DNA of 64,000 bases from the human T2T-CHM13v2.0 reference genome, Homo sapiens: assembly GCF_009914755.1 (NCBI RefSeq), contig NC_060929.1; one strand, given 5' to 3'. Shown here piece after piece: positions 26,500-41,886 of the stretch. Below the pieces are notes generated by a model. The model did no database searches and had not been told where the DNA came from. It saw nothing but the letters and a program-made list of their open reading frames with translations. Position numbers and translations under genes: made by a program. The first letter of the stretch is position 1; every line of letters starts with the position of its first letter.

Positions 26500-27110
26500 A
26501 TATTCATTCAGAAAATATTTATCAAGGGCCAGCTGTGTGCCAGGTTTTGTTCTAGGCATTGGGGAATCATCAGCTGCAAACAACATAGAGAAAGAGTTTA
26601 TATTAGAATGTCCAAGACTGACAATGATAATGAAGCCACATAAATGAACAAAATCATTCCTGAGTGCTTAACGCTCTGAAGAAAAAGAAAATGGCGGTGT
26701 GATCACAAATGAATAGACAGTGACTTTAGGTGCTCAAGAAAGGCCTCTGTGAAGAGGTGTCATTTGACTGGAGGCATGAATAATAAGAAAGTATCTTTTC
26801 ATTTAAAGATCTGGGGGAAGAGTGTTCCAGGCTAATGGAACAGCAAGTGCAAAGGCCATGAGGCAGGAATGAGCTCGGCTTGTCCAGGGAACAAGCAAAA
26901 GATTACAGTGGCTGGAGTATAGAGAATGAAGGGATGAGGGCCAGGGAGGGGCCACTGAGCTAGCTGGGACCACATCACACAGGCAAAGGCTTTGGTTACA
27001 TCTTAAGTCCTAAGCTGAAGATTTGAAGCAGGGGAATGAGAAGACCTGATTTACATTTTATATTTATATTTATATTTTGAATTGATCACTCTTGCTGCAG
27101 TGGAGGTTGG
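26500..27110 (-). mobile_element. L2 3' region
   Basis: attcattcagaaaatatttatcaagggccagctgtgtgccagg...gaagagtgttccaggc..cagcaagtgcaaaggc. Confidence 0.8.
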
Positions 27111-27844
27111 ATTTGTCAACAGGAGGGCAAGCAGAGAGGCCATCAGCTCCAATGTGGACTACTGTGGAATAGGTATTGGGGGAGGCAGGGAGAATGGCTC
27201 TTCTCCAGATAATTTTTTCATTCACTGATTTATTCATCCAACAGCTCTTTCTTGTGTGTCTTAGCGTGTGCCTAGTATGGAGAATGCTTTGTCAGATTCG
27301 ATTCACGATGTGTCAGCAATGTGTTGGGCACTGGGAATACACTGACCCATGACGTTGTCATGAGCTCTGAGCTCTGCTGTCTTGGAGCTTTCAATCAAAC
27401 ATCCCTCTTGGTTTCCTGGGTCCTGAGGCAGCTCTGTGTGTACGTCATCTTTCATGAACATTTATCCTATAGCAGCTTACCCCAACCACACTCACTTTCA
27501 CGTGGGCTCACAACCAGGGCGATGGAGGGATCGAGGAGCCTCCATCTTAGTTGCCCTTCTCTTTTCTTTTCTCTCTTCTTCCTAGGCCCCTTCCGTATAA
27601 CTCCCCACCTCCCTCAGTAAAATATTAGAGATGTAAATGGGGAATGCAAAATGGATATGGAGCAGGAAAGAGGCATCTGAACGTCCCTGCCAAAAGCACA
27701 GAATCTCACTGAACTCTGTGTACACATTTGTGTACACAGAGCGGGTGAATGTATGGGGGATTGGGGGTGAGTCTACCTCTAGGTGACCCTTGAGAGAATA
27801 AAGGCAATATTTATTTCTGATCTGTTTTCAATAAGGTCAGACTC

Positions 27845-28157
<313 letters not shown>

Positions 28158-28650
28158 TTTTTGTTTTTTTAAGATAATTTTTTTAAGGTAGTGAAACAAT
28201 ATTACTTACTATGTGGAATTCTTTGTCAGATTCAATTCACTACCACAGGTTCTTGCGTGAAATCCTGGGTGTAACCAAATTTCTCAAATAGTAAAGAAAA
28301 TGGGCAATCCATTTTCTTCAAATGAAACCAAATACCTAATAACCGTCTTTCACTATCTGATAGTCGGAGGCTGGTGAAAAGATCTTCGAAGAGAGTCTGA
28401 CAGGTGGGCTAAACTCCTCTACCGCTTCTTTACAGAAAAGAAATGTCAGTCATACTTTTTAAAATAGAGGGGCTTCAAATTGCAAGGAAGTAACAAGGAG
28501 TGGAACAATGACTTTGCAGGTTCTATGTGTCAGGTACTTCTCATTTGGAGTGAACAAAGATAGAAGAATTCTGGCAAAAGAAAAAGTGAAAAAATCAATT
28601 TAAGAAAAAATTTTCATGGCAATGGAATCCATTTTTCAGGATATTATTCA

Positions 28651-29012
<362 letters not shown>

Positions 29013-29194
29013 AGGGAGGGTAATTAGGGCTCATCCTGTTGTCATCCAGCCCATCCCAGGTAAGTTCTGGAGCTTTAGTTCTTTGATGCACGTAGTTGGG
29101 ACCCTATTGATTTAAACCATGATAGAGAGCAAAGATTGTGGGAATCCTTTTTTTTTCTAAGCTAAATTTTATTTAGAATATATCATATGGTAGG

Positions 29195-29360
29195 ACTCTT
29201 TGCTAACAAAGCCATTTACATTCACAGCATTATGTTCAATCCCATGAAATAGGTGTTGTTATACCTGTTGTCCAGATGAGGAAACTGAGGCACCAGGTGG
29301 CTAGATCATGTGCCCAAAGCTACACCGTTGCTAAGGGCAAATCTTGGTGTCACACTCAGA
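29195..29360 (-). mobile_element. MIR
   Basis: cagatgaggaaactgaggcacc..tgcccaaagctacac. Confidence 0.72.
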
Positions 29361-29699
29361 GCTGCCACCAAAGTTCTTGCTTTGAACTTTGAACTCTACT
29401 TTCTCTCTCTCTTTGACAGGCTCTTCAATTCTTATCAAAAGTAGAAGGGTTTTAGGAATGCTTACAGAAATGAGACGGGGAGGAGAAAAAGGAGGAAGAA
29501 AGAGTAATGTGGAGGAGGCAGAGGCAGAGGGAAGGGTAGGTCTTAAGCTAGTGACAAAGAGGAAATTAGTGTAAAGTGATAAAAACCCAAGAACCAAATG
29601 CTAGAAAGGAAACTCCATGGAAAATCCAAAGAAAGATAATATCATGAGGAGAGAAGAGAAGAAAGAGGCGGGCCCAGATGGAAGGTCACTGCTTACTAG

Positions 29700-29900
29700 A
29701 GACCAAAATGCCAAGATTTCAACGGGGGCCAGCCACCCTGGTTTCTATTTTGATGTGATTACTTAGTCATTTAAAGTCAGGTTAATGTTCGCCAACAACA
29801 GATGGGGTCAGGACACAGGAGTTCTGCAGCTCACTGGAACTGGACAGTCTTTTAGGGCACCCAGCTCACAAGGCCACACCGTGGCCCGCCCCTGGATGGT
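29700..29900. promoter_or_regulatory. Candidate cis-regulatory element in unique sequence
   Basis: AP-1-like ttagtca (29763), E-box cagatg within weak CTCF-like caacagatggggtc (29796), GC box cccgcccc (29885), several retained CpGs. Motif inspection only. Confidence 0.3.
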
Positions 29901-31509
29901 GGCTTTTTATGCCATCAAATGATCATTTTACCCCCATTGACTGAAGTTTTAGCTAGGTTGCTAAAATGACAGGCCAGGTTGGAGTCCATGAACCAACAGC
30001 TGTCAGATCCAAGGGACAAGCTAGAGGCCAATAATCGGGCTGAAGGAATGTTTCGTTTGCCAAAAGAAAAAGCAGGGAAAAAAACCAGTAAGCAAGCTGT
30101 TGGCATATGTGTGATGACTGGTCTCTGTTAGCTCATTTGTGTGGAATTAATTACCAAGATGAGTGGTATCAAGACCATGCACCTCCACTGCCCAAGTTTT
30201 GGGTGGGTTTGGTGACATAGCTCCAACTGCCATTATGGGCTAAGTGGGTGCCTGCTGGATGGAGGCGCCTGCCCAAGTGATGAAGGACAGGTAACTTTCT
30301 CTGCCTCGGCTCACCTCTCTGGAACACCCTGATCATATATGCTCCTTACCTAGTTTTATTAGGTAAGGGCTGTGGAATCATGAGGCAAGAGTGTTGGAGA
30401 GAGCATGTTGAGTCTTCTGGGAAGGAAAGGACTGAGACATTCTTTAAAGACCACTGTTTAAAGGACAGGAATATTCTTTAAAAATAAGAGAAGGCAATTC
30501 ACATGCTTTCTCTGATCAGATTCTCCCCAACTCTAGGCTGGGCAGTATTAACCCCATTCTATAGGAGATATTCAGAGATTTCTGAGATTCAGAGACATTA
30601 TGTTGTTTGTTCAACTTTTATTTTTGTTTATTTATTTTTGTATCTCCTTCTCCTTTAGGTGCCCTGAACCTCTTGAGTGCATCTATTGTTAATCCCTTTA
30701 GATTCTTAGCCCTAACCAAAGGGTACCAGGATAGGTACCAAAGGCTGGACTCGAGACCCGGCAGGGTCACTTTGGAAACCAAGCAGATAACATAACTATT
30801 AGAGGCAGTCAGGTATAGAGTAACTGGATGAGGAGCATGATTAGAGGGAAAGTGCATATAAAGACTTTCAGATTCAAAGAAAACACAACTACATTGGTAA
30901 ACAAAATACATAAAGCCAGAGCTTTCCAGTTTACAGCCTCCTGGCTAGATCATCCTTCAGGTCTTTTTGAGTTCTAACGTTTAATTTTTAAATTTTTTTT
31001 GCCATATATAAAAATGAGCACATCCCTTGCTTATTCCCTTCAGGTTCTGCTTTCTATTGGCAGGAGTAGGCGATGGTGGCAATGAGCTAATCAGATAAGC
31101 TAACCTCTGCTAATGGGTAAATTAGCTAATGGGCAATTCCTCTTGTGACTTAATGCTATCATTGGGTTAAAGCATATCCCTTCTGATCTTGGACCCACGG
31201 GATTGACAAATGATGGGAATTCAGCATCCCTGCAACTACACCCTAGGGGCAGTTTCTTGGTCTTCTCAATGCCAGGGGCAGGGCTGGACAGAACTGGCAA
31301 GTGAGCCAGCCTCAATTCCCTTTAATAGTGGCATCAATATGATGGCCAGAACCTAATTATTGGGCTAAACACTATGGAGTTCTGTATCATGTGGTGGCCC
31401 CATGAAGGGGGTGGGGATGTGAAAACCCAGGCAATCTTAAAGTGATTTATGAATATTTTGTTTAATCACATTTTAAACTCTGAATAAACACATAAATACT
31501 TTTATTTTA

Positions 31510-32073
<564 letters not shown>

Positions 32074-33351
32074 TAAAAAAATGCATTGTGGTAAAAACAA
32101 AAATATTTGGAAAGGCATAAAGTTTAAAAGTCCTTTTTCCTCCCATCTGCTCAAACTCCCAGGCTCACTTCCCTAAAGAAATTAAGTTAATGTTTTGTAA
32201 ATATCTAAGCTAAGGAAGATCACCTATAGCTTGAATATTCCATCTCCAGAGGAGCCAGAAACAAGCAAACCAACCAATTCATCTTAGTTCCCTCCTTCCA
32301 CCATCCCAGAGCTACAAATTATGTGAACAGCATGGTCTCCTTCTCATGCATCTGTCTTCCATTCTCTTGGCTTTCTATTTTCACTGCTATGGAACTCCAC
32401 CCTATGCCCACCTTTTCGATTTCAGAAGATGTCTTTTTCAGAAAAAACCTTTTATCAGCAGCTTACACTTGAGTGTAGAAAAAGATTATAATGAATGTAG
32501 TATTTAGGATCTGGAAGGAACCTTCCATAATTGTGGATGCAGAGGCCACCTCAGAAAAACAAATATACACCCATTACCTTGGGTTTGTGTAAAGGTTCAG
32601 TGTTTATAAGAGGGCTTTCCTGTCCATTTTTATACTTGATCCTCTTCCTGGCTCCTGTATGGAAGCAGGGGAAGGCAGTATTATTTCCACTGTGCAGAGG
32701 AGAAAACTGAGCCTCTGAGAAGCTGACTTCCCCAACAGCCAGTGCACTCGTCCCGGGACCACAGCATGGGAAGCCTTTCACCCTACTGGCATCAGCTGCT
32801 TGTGGAGGGACTTCAGGTTTGGTGGAGACAGTGGGCATGAGGCCATCCTCAGAGCGCCTTAAATTGCAACACTTGGGATGCTGGCTGTTTTGCATAAGCT
32901 GATATTGAGCTCAGGCTCAGGTACTCTGCTGACTCCACTCTCCAGATTTGATTTGGCTACTGGCCCTGGGTTTCCCAGGCATGGAAATGACATCACCATG
33001 GCTTGAGACAGAAGACCAAGTGGAGCTCTGGCACTCAGCCAGCATGGGCCCTTCCCAGTCCCCTGCTTCACAGGTGGGACTCACTTTCTTTCCCTTCATG
33101 CTTTTCTTCATCCTTCCCTTAATTTGGTGTTGTTACCTCTCATATAAGGGGAGATGTCTGTTTTCCTAACATGACCTCCTTTGCCCAGGCAGGGGTAGGG
33201 GGAGTAGAATGGCAAGAAGCGGTTGATTTGAGTGACTACAGTGAGCAGGTGCTGTGCTAGGGACACTGGTACCGAGACCAAGAGGGCAGCATATTCAGTC
33301 TTGAGGACCTCACGGCTCAGGGAACAGGTCATCAGACACATAGCAAAGTAA

Positions 33352-34170
<819 letters not shown>

Positions 34171-34199
34171 TAATCTGGGCAATTTCAGTGCATTGTGGT

Positions 34200-34400
34200 G
34201 GTGTACTTTGCTGAATGTGTGATTTAGCAAAATAATTAAACCTCTCTCATCTTCAAAATGGATATACTAATAACACATACCTTATAGTGACTAAATTGCA
34301 TAGGATTACTGTGAAGATTCGATGAGAAAATGTATGTCAAGGGCTTAGGGCTATGGGAGGTATGCTGTAAGTGCCCAATAAATGTTAGTTGTGATGGTGA
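34200..34400 (+). mobile_element. MIR
   Basis: tgtgtgatttagcaaa..aaaatggatatactaataac..ggattactgtgaagattcgatgag. Confidence 0.62.
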
Positions 34401-35724
34401 GCATGGGAGAGGGTGATGATCCTGGGTTTGTATTCCCCTCCAGCACTCCTTGCCTGGCTATGGGCACAGCCCTGTGATTTGGTTTCTTCAATGATAAAAC
34501 AGTAGGATGTGTCTCTAAATTGCTATGAGATTGAGATAATCCCTGGGGAGTGTGTAACAGAGTGTGCAGCATGTCCTAGGAACTCGGAGAATTATGATTA
34601 TGAAAGCACCGAGAAGAGGCGGGACGGTCAGGGAAGGCTTCCTGGGTGAGGCGTCTCTGGGTTATGTTTCACAGGTGTAAAGGAGACAGCCTGGGAAGGA
34701 GGTGGGGAAGGCTGTCACATGGTGTGCTCTGGGAGCTGTGAAGGGTCTGGGGCATCTGGGCCCCAAGGTCAAGGTAGGACATGGCACTAGTTGAGGCAGA
34801 GAGGAAGGCAGTGTTTGGGGCCATGCTGAGGGGCTGAGAGCCCTGGGGGTGTGGAGCCTGCTGCTCTGATCTCCTGGGACTGGTTTCTGAGGCTGAAGAG
34901 ATCATTATTCACAGACAAGGAATTAGGTGCTTTGAACAATGCTTATTTTATTGGCATCTGCAAACTGCCACCTGTTAACCAGAAGCCTGGGCTCAAACTC
35001 TGGCTAGATTCCTCTGGGAATAGGCTATTAATCAACGAATGACTTCCTCTTTGGCAGAGAAGGAAATGTCTAATAGCTTGAGGCTGATCTTATGACTGGA
35101 AAAATGGAAAGGCTGTTGTAAGTTCTCACAGGGATGTAAAGACAAGTTGTCTGTAGGTTTCCAACAGGGTTTTTTATTACCTATTAGCAAATGAGCACAG
35201 ATTTGTTTATCAGCTTCCCCTAGAAATTAGGTTGTTGAGGCAGCTGGAGAGGTGAATCCTGGGGTGGGAGAAGGCAGAGAAGGGAACAAGAGGAGCTGGC
35301 ATTACCTTGGTGCATTGTACTTAAGGAACCATAGAGGTGGCTTGTTCCTGAGCTGGGGTTGCATAGAGAGAGCACTGGACATGAGTCCAAAGTCACAGGG
35401 GCCAGTCTCACCTTTGCCCTGAGTTCCCAAAAACAATGTACGCTGTTCTGTAAAACATGGATAATACCATGGCCACTTGGGATTACCAGGCTCTCTGATG
35501 GTAACCTAGGAAAATGTATGTCTGCGAAGACACTTTGTAAAGTGCAACTAGAGTAAAATCCAACCCCCGCCCCAATCTCCCAGGCCTTCTGACAAATTAC
35601 AGAGCACCCCAGGCTCTCTTTCCACTTTGTACATTGACCATTGCTCCTTTTTCTGCCTAGATCATTCTTCTGCCCCCTCCTTGGAAGGGCCTTCCATGCC
35701 TTTCTAAGTATATGCTCCCCAACA

Positions 35725-35925
35725 TAGACAGTGGTTAAGACCCAGGCTCTGAAACACCACTCACGGGTTCAAGTTCGGCTCTGATACATACCAGTGAATT
35801 GACCTTGGGCAATCACCTGACTTCTCTGCCACAGTTCCCACTTCCGTAAGATGGAAGTAATAATTGTTTGTACCTTACGGAGCAGTTGTGGAGAAAGGAT
35901 GACATTAATAGTTGGCCATTATTAC
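35725..35925 (+). mobile_element. MIR
   Basis: gtggttaagacccaggctctg..gaccttgggcaatcacctgacttctctgccacagttccc. Confidence 0.75.
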
Positions 35926-35929
35926 TGTT

Positions 35930-36135
35930 TTTCAGAGCACTCTATTTCCCTTCTAGCGCTGCGGTCTGTAATTAATTTATTTGTATATATGTCCATTAAC
36001 CACCACCCGTAATATCCTATTATCTTCTATAATGGGATCTTTTAATAAGGGCAATGACCATGTCTTTCTCATCATCCTTATATAGCACAGTGCCTGCGAC
36101 TTAAAAAATGCTCAAGTCATAGTTGTTGGATGAGG
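35930..36135 (+). mobile_element. L2 3' end
   Basis: agggcaatgaccatgtct..tagcacagtgcctg..atgctcaag..tgttggatga. Confidence 0.6.
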
Positions 36136-36736
36136 AATTCACTGAACGGGTATTTCCCAGAAGTCTCAACAGCCTGTCCCCAGAGACAAGAAGGCACCAC
36201 GAGGGGTGACTGAGGCAGCCCTGCAGCCCCTCAGGGAAGAGCCAGGGAGCTTGTCAGATGGCCCTGTTTTGCATTTCATTCTCCCGGTTGCAGGCTTTCA
36301 CTTATGTAATGAAATAGCAGTGAAACCCCACTGACACCTGAGTGCTTCCCCTCTAGCCAGCCCAGTATTTGACCACAAAAAGGGGGAAGAAAAAAATATA
36401 AGAAAAAAAGGAGCTTCAAACCACATGCTTCTTGGGACACACAGATGAGCTGTCCTTTCCCCAGAGTCGTCTGAGCGTATTGTAGTAGCCTGGAGGGGTG
36501 TTTTGCTGAGCCTGATCATTGTGACCAAGTGGTGAAAAATCAAGGTCCCCAGCCTGCGTGTCAGCAGTCGAGACTTTTTCCACCTCTGCCCCTGACCTGC
36601 TGTGCAACCTTTTGCAAGTCACCTTACCTGTCTGGGTCTCTTCAGTGACCCCATCTGCAAATTGAGGGACTGAAATAGATGATGAAAGTAGAGTAGCCAT
36701 GCAGTTCTGGCTTTGCCTGTAGACTTGGTAGAATGA

Positions 36737-37599
<863 letters not shown>

Positions 37600-37869
37600 A
37601 GATTCTTTGACACTCTGACCCAATCTTCCTTTGAGGCACTGGGCTGTCCAGTACAGGGACACCACATCCAAATGTAGGCAGCTCTGCTGCTGAATCTTGG
37701 TTTTCTAGGATGCAAGGGTCCTGTGGCATAACTGGCAGCATGAATTGGCGGGGGGTCACGACAATGGGCTGTGATGCCATTTAGGTGCTATTGCAGCAAC
37801 ATGAACATGAACTCAAGAAACTCACAGTGCATGTCTGATGCATGGTAGGCATTCGAGAATAGTAAGATT

Positions 37870-39170
37870 TCTACCCCCAGATTTTATTATGAACATTTTT
37901 GAACAATCAGAAAGTTGAAAGACTTGCACCATGAACACCCATCTATTTGTCGTCTCAACTCTACAATGAATACTTTTCTGTCCTTGCTTTATCACATATT
38001 CATCTATCTAATCCTCTATCCATCTCTCAACCCATCCTATTGTTTATATACTGTATTTTAAAGCTAATTGCAAACATCAGTATATTCCTTGTCTAAACAC
38101 TTCAGCAAATATAATAGGATTGTTTTCATTACAAAAGCAATTGAAGCTAATAGTGAAACATTCTGACAATACAAGGTGTATGAAATGAAAAATGGAAAAT
38201 ATCTCTTTACTCTCTGTAATCTTGTTCCCCAGGCACAACTGCTGGTGGGTGTTGGGACTCAGAAAACAATACCCCAAAATAAAGGCTTCAGAAGCCAAAA
38301 CCTTTTTCTCTGACCTCTGCCCTCCTGTCTCTCAGCCCCTTTCTACCCCAAGGCTAGCCAGAGAAACTAGAATCCCTTTTTCCCAAGGTAGGGCATAGGA
38401 ACCAGAACCCCTTTTCTCCAAAGACAGCCACAAAACCTAGAATTATTATGCCAGTGTTCCCCTCTGCCTTTCTGTGTAAAAATTGGCCATGAAGAGATTA
38501 GCTGACCTACCTTGTTTGACCCCCATTCCAGAGAGGGGTCTGCCCCATTCCCAGAAGGAAGGAATGCTGCTCAGAGAGGCCAAGAAGAACTTCGACAGAC
38601 AGGCCTTGCTGGGTTTCCCTGCTCAGTCTATTAGCATTAGATTAGACCTTTTTTTTTTTTTTTCCCTAATCCTATTTCTACATGGCTGTTCACACTTTGT
38701 TGAACCTAAGCATAAAAATGGACAATTTCCCCTGTATCCTTGTTCTTCATCCTGAAGTCCCCTGTGTATGCACATTAAATAAATTTGTATGCCTTTTCTC
38801 CAATTAACCTGCCTTTCGCGAGTTGGTATTTCAGCAAATCCTCAGAGGGCCAAGGGGAGCCCTCCCTTTCACCCGTACATGGGATAGTCCCAAGCATTCA
38901 TGTACACCTGTAGTTTTGATATCTTACAAAACTTGAATTATAGCATACTTATTGTTTCGCACCTTGCTTTTAAAAAATCAACCATACCTTGAAAACATTC
39001 TTGCTTGTTAATAATAATGGGTCATCTCAACTTTTTAATGACTGTAGAAATGTCCATATTATGTACCTCATTTATTTAACCATTTCTCACTGATGGACAT
39101 TCATACTATTTTGGGTTTTTTGGGGATATGATAAACAACGTCACAATGAAGATTCTTACACATTCCTTTA
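37870..39170 (-). mobile_element. Ancient L1ME-type 3' fragments, split by MER39
   Basis: tttatttaaccatttctcactgatggacatt..aacaacgtcacaatgaagattcttacac. Confidence 0.55.
38250..38879 (+). mobile_element. MER39 solo LTR (ERV1)
   Basis: tgttgggactcagaaaacaataccccaaaat...cagacaggccttgctgggtttccc...gtaca; 4-bp TSD tggg. Confidence 0.85.
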
Positions 39171-39171
39171 C

Positions 39172-39720
39172 TTGACAAATATTCTAATAAGCAGCACTGT
39201 GTGCCAGACATGGTTCTATGCTTGGGGATATTAGGAAAATAAGATGGGTAACATTTGTGTGGAAAGTACATTCTTCTGAGGGAGTCAGATAACGAACTAG
39301 AAAACATCAAAAGCAAATAAATTGTTTTTAGCTAGTTATTAAGAAAATAAAATTGAGTAATTTGATAGATGGTGATAGAAGGGGTTACTTTACAAATGGT
39401 CATCTGGAAGGCCTCCACTTCAAGGTGGTGATATTTGAGCTGAGACCTGAATGAAGAGAAGGGGCCAGTTATGCAAAGTCCTAAGGAGAATGGATAGCAA
39501 ACGCACAGGCTCTGGAGTGGGAGCAAGCTTGGTGTGTTGAGGGATAGAAATACACAGAGCATGGCAAATACAGCAAGTGGTGTGAAATGGGGTTGGAAAA
39601 GGTGGCGCAGGCCAGATCACTAGGACCAAGGAGTTTGAAATTTATTCCTAGTGCAGTATATCAGGTTGTATTTTTATCACTGGATAATCATAGAGTAAAA
39701 CTAGCTTGATCTGATCCATG
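39172..39720 (-). mobile_element. L2
   Basis: caaatattctaataagcagcactgtgtgccagacatggttcta..atttgagctgagacctgaatga. Confidence 0.78.
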
Positions 39721-40006
39721 TAGAATGGAATATGAGCAAAAAATGTTTTGTATCTGGTTAGCTGCAGCATGGCAAGCCACAATTTCCCTCTAGGCTGTGT
39801 GGCACCCTGGAAAGAGAATGGGTGTCGGAGCCAGAGAGATCTGCTTTCAAATTCCAGCTCCATTGGTATACACCCCAAAGAATTGAAAGCAGGGTCTCGT
39901 ATTGGTACACCATGTTCATAGCAGCACTGTTGACAAAATGGAATCCCCAAATGGAAGCAATCCAAGTGTTCATCGACAGAAGAATGATAAACAAATGTGG
40001 TATATA

Positions 40007-40300
40007 GGGTGAGCATGATAGCTTATGCCCATAATCCCAGCCGAGGCTGAGGCAGGTGAATCGCTTGAGCTCAGGAGTTTCAGACCAGCCTGGGCAACAT
40101 GGTGAAACCTTGTCTCTACAAAAAACACAAAAATTAGCTGGGTGTGGTGATGCATACCTATAGTCCCAGCTACTTGGGAGGCTAGATGAGAGGATCACTT
40201 GAGCCAGGAGGTCGAGGCTGCAGTGAGCCAAGATGGTGCCATTGCACTCCAGCCTGGGTGAAAGAGTGAGACACTGTCTCAAAAAAAAAAAAAAAAAAAA
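40007..40300 (+). mobile_element. AluJ
   Basis: Dimer with poly(A), TSD ~aaa(t/a)gtggtatat. Confidence 0.9.
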
Positions 40301-40673
40301 GTGGTATATGCACAAAATGGAATATTATTCAGGCTTAAAAACAAGGGAAATTCTGACCTGCTACAACACGAACATGTTAAGTGAAATATGCCAGTCACTA
40401 AAAGACAAATACTGTATGATTTCACTTATATGAGGTAGCTAGAAAAGTCAAATTCATAGAGACTGAAAGTAGAACGGTGGTTAGAAGGGGCTGTGGGGAG
40501 GGAGGAATGAGTAGTTGTTGTTTAATGAGTGTAGACTTTCAGTTTTGCCAGATAAAAAGAGTTCTGGAGATTGGTTGCACAATAATGTGAATGTACTTAA
40601 CATTACTTAAATGTATGCTTAAAGTGGCTAATGGTTAAGATGGTACATTTTGTGTTAAGCGTTTATGTTATGC

Positions 40674-40798
40674 GCAGCTAATTTTTGTACTTTTTATAGA
40701 GACGGGGTTTTACCATGTTGCCTAGGCTGGTCTTGAACTCCTGGACTCAAGCCTCCAAAAATGCTGGGATTACAGGTGTGAGCCACTGCGCCAGGCCC
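40674..40798 (-). mobile_element. Alu left-arm fragment / FLAM
   Basis: cagctaatttttgtac..ctgggattacaggtgtgagccactgcgcc. Confidence 0.8.
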
Positions 40799-41324
40799 TG
40801 TTACTTGTTTTTAATTAAAAAATTCCAGCTCCATCACTTACTGATGGTGTGACTTGGTCAATTAATCCCTCTAGGCATGAGTTTTCTCATTTATAAAAGG
40901 AAGACAATATCTCATAGCTGTTCTGAAAACAGACTTCAGTGCTGTCTGCTTCCAATCTTACTTTGCATAATTTGGAATCTCAGGCTCCCCAGGCACACAG
41001 CTTAAAGAACCTTTCAGTGAATCCCAATTGAGTTGTCCTTGTACCTAGTACATAGTAGATGCTCAGTGAACATTTGTTGACTTGCTGGCTGACTGAATCC
41101 ACTTATGTAGATATGATCTAAAAGGAAGCATATGTGTAGGGAGCTATGTGCCTAGTACATAGTAGGCATTCCATAAATGTTTATTGGACAGATGAATGTG
41201 TACACACCTGACCACAAACTGTGGCAAAACAACTTGCTTGCTCCAAAATGCACACATTTTTTCCCCCACGTTGTACCGTAATGGTTGCTTTAGAAAACAA
41301 ACTGAAATCCCTACTGACTGAGTC

Positions 41325-41886
41325 TCATGTTAGCACTGTTGCTAGAAAAAAAAAAAAACACCCCAGATTTCCACAAGTATTGTAGTTTAAACAATGCAAA
41401 GTTATTCTCTTACAGTTCTGTGGGTCTGACATGGTCTCACTGGGCTAAAATCAAGGTGTCAGCAGGGGTATGTGCCTTCTGAAAGCTCTAGGGGAGGATC
41501 TCTTTCCTTGCGCATTCAGGTCGCTGGCAAAATTCATTTCCTCTGGTTGTAGGACTGAGATGTTGTTTCCTTGCTGGCTATCACTGAGGGACATTCCCAG
41601 CTTCTAGAGGCCACCCGAATTCCTTGACTCACGCCCAATTCTGCCATCTTCAAAGTCAGAAACTCTTCTTTCCTCTCACCTCTCTGACTCATTTTTAAGG
41701 AAACTGACCCCGTTTTTAAGGACTCATGTGGTTGGATTAGGCTGTCCTGGGTAATGCGGGATAATCTCAGAGTACTTAACCTTAATCTCATTTGCACAGT
41801 CCCCTTTGCTATGTCGTAACATATTCAAAGATTCTGGGGATTAGGTCATGGATATATTTGGAGGGGTTATTATTCTACCTATTGCA
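41325..41886 (-). mobile_element. MLT1E-like MaLR LTR
   Basis: tcactgggctaaaatcaaggtgtcagcagg..gttgtaggactgag..ccttaatctcatttgcacagtccc..attattctacctattgca. Confidence 0.75.

Larger units (their letters stand above)
39864..40819 (+). mobile_element. 5'-truncated L1MA/MB 3' end inserted in a MIR, containing two Alus
   Basis: cccaaagaattgaaagcagggtctc..aaagacaaatactgtatgatttcac..agttctggagattggttgcac; perfect 15-bp TSD aaattccagctccat (39849-39863 / 40820-40834). Confidence 0.85.

Noticed and set aside
41040-41170. Direct repeat cctagtacatagtag about 107 bp apart
   Set aside because: Both copies match the common L2/MIR 3'-end motif (gtgcctggcacatagtagg); adjacent repeat fragments explain it.
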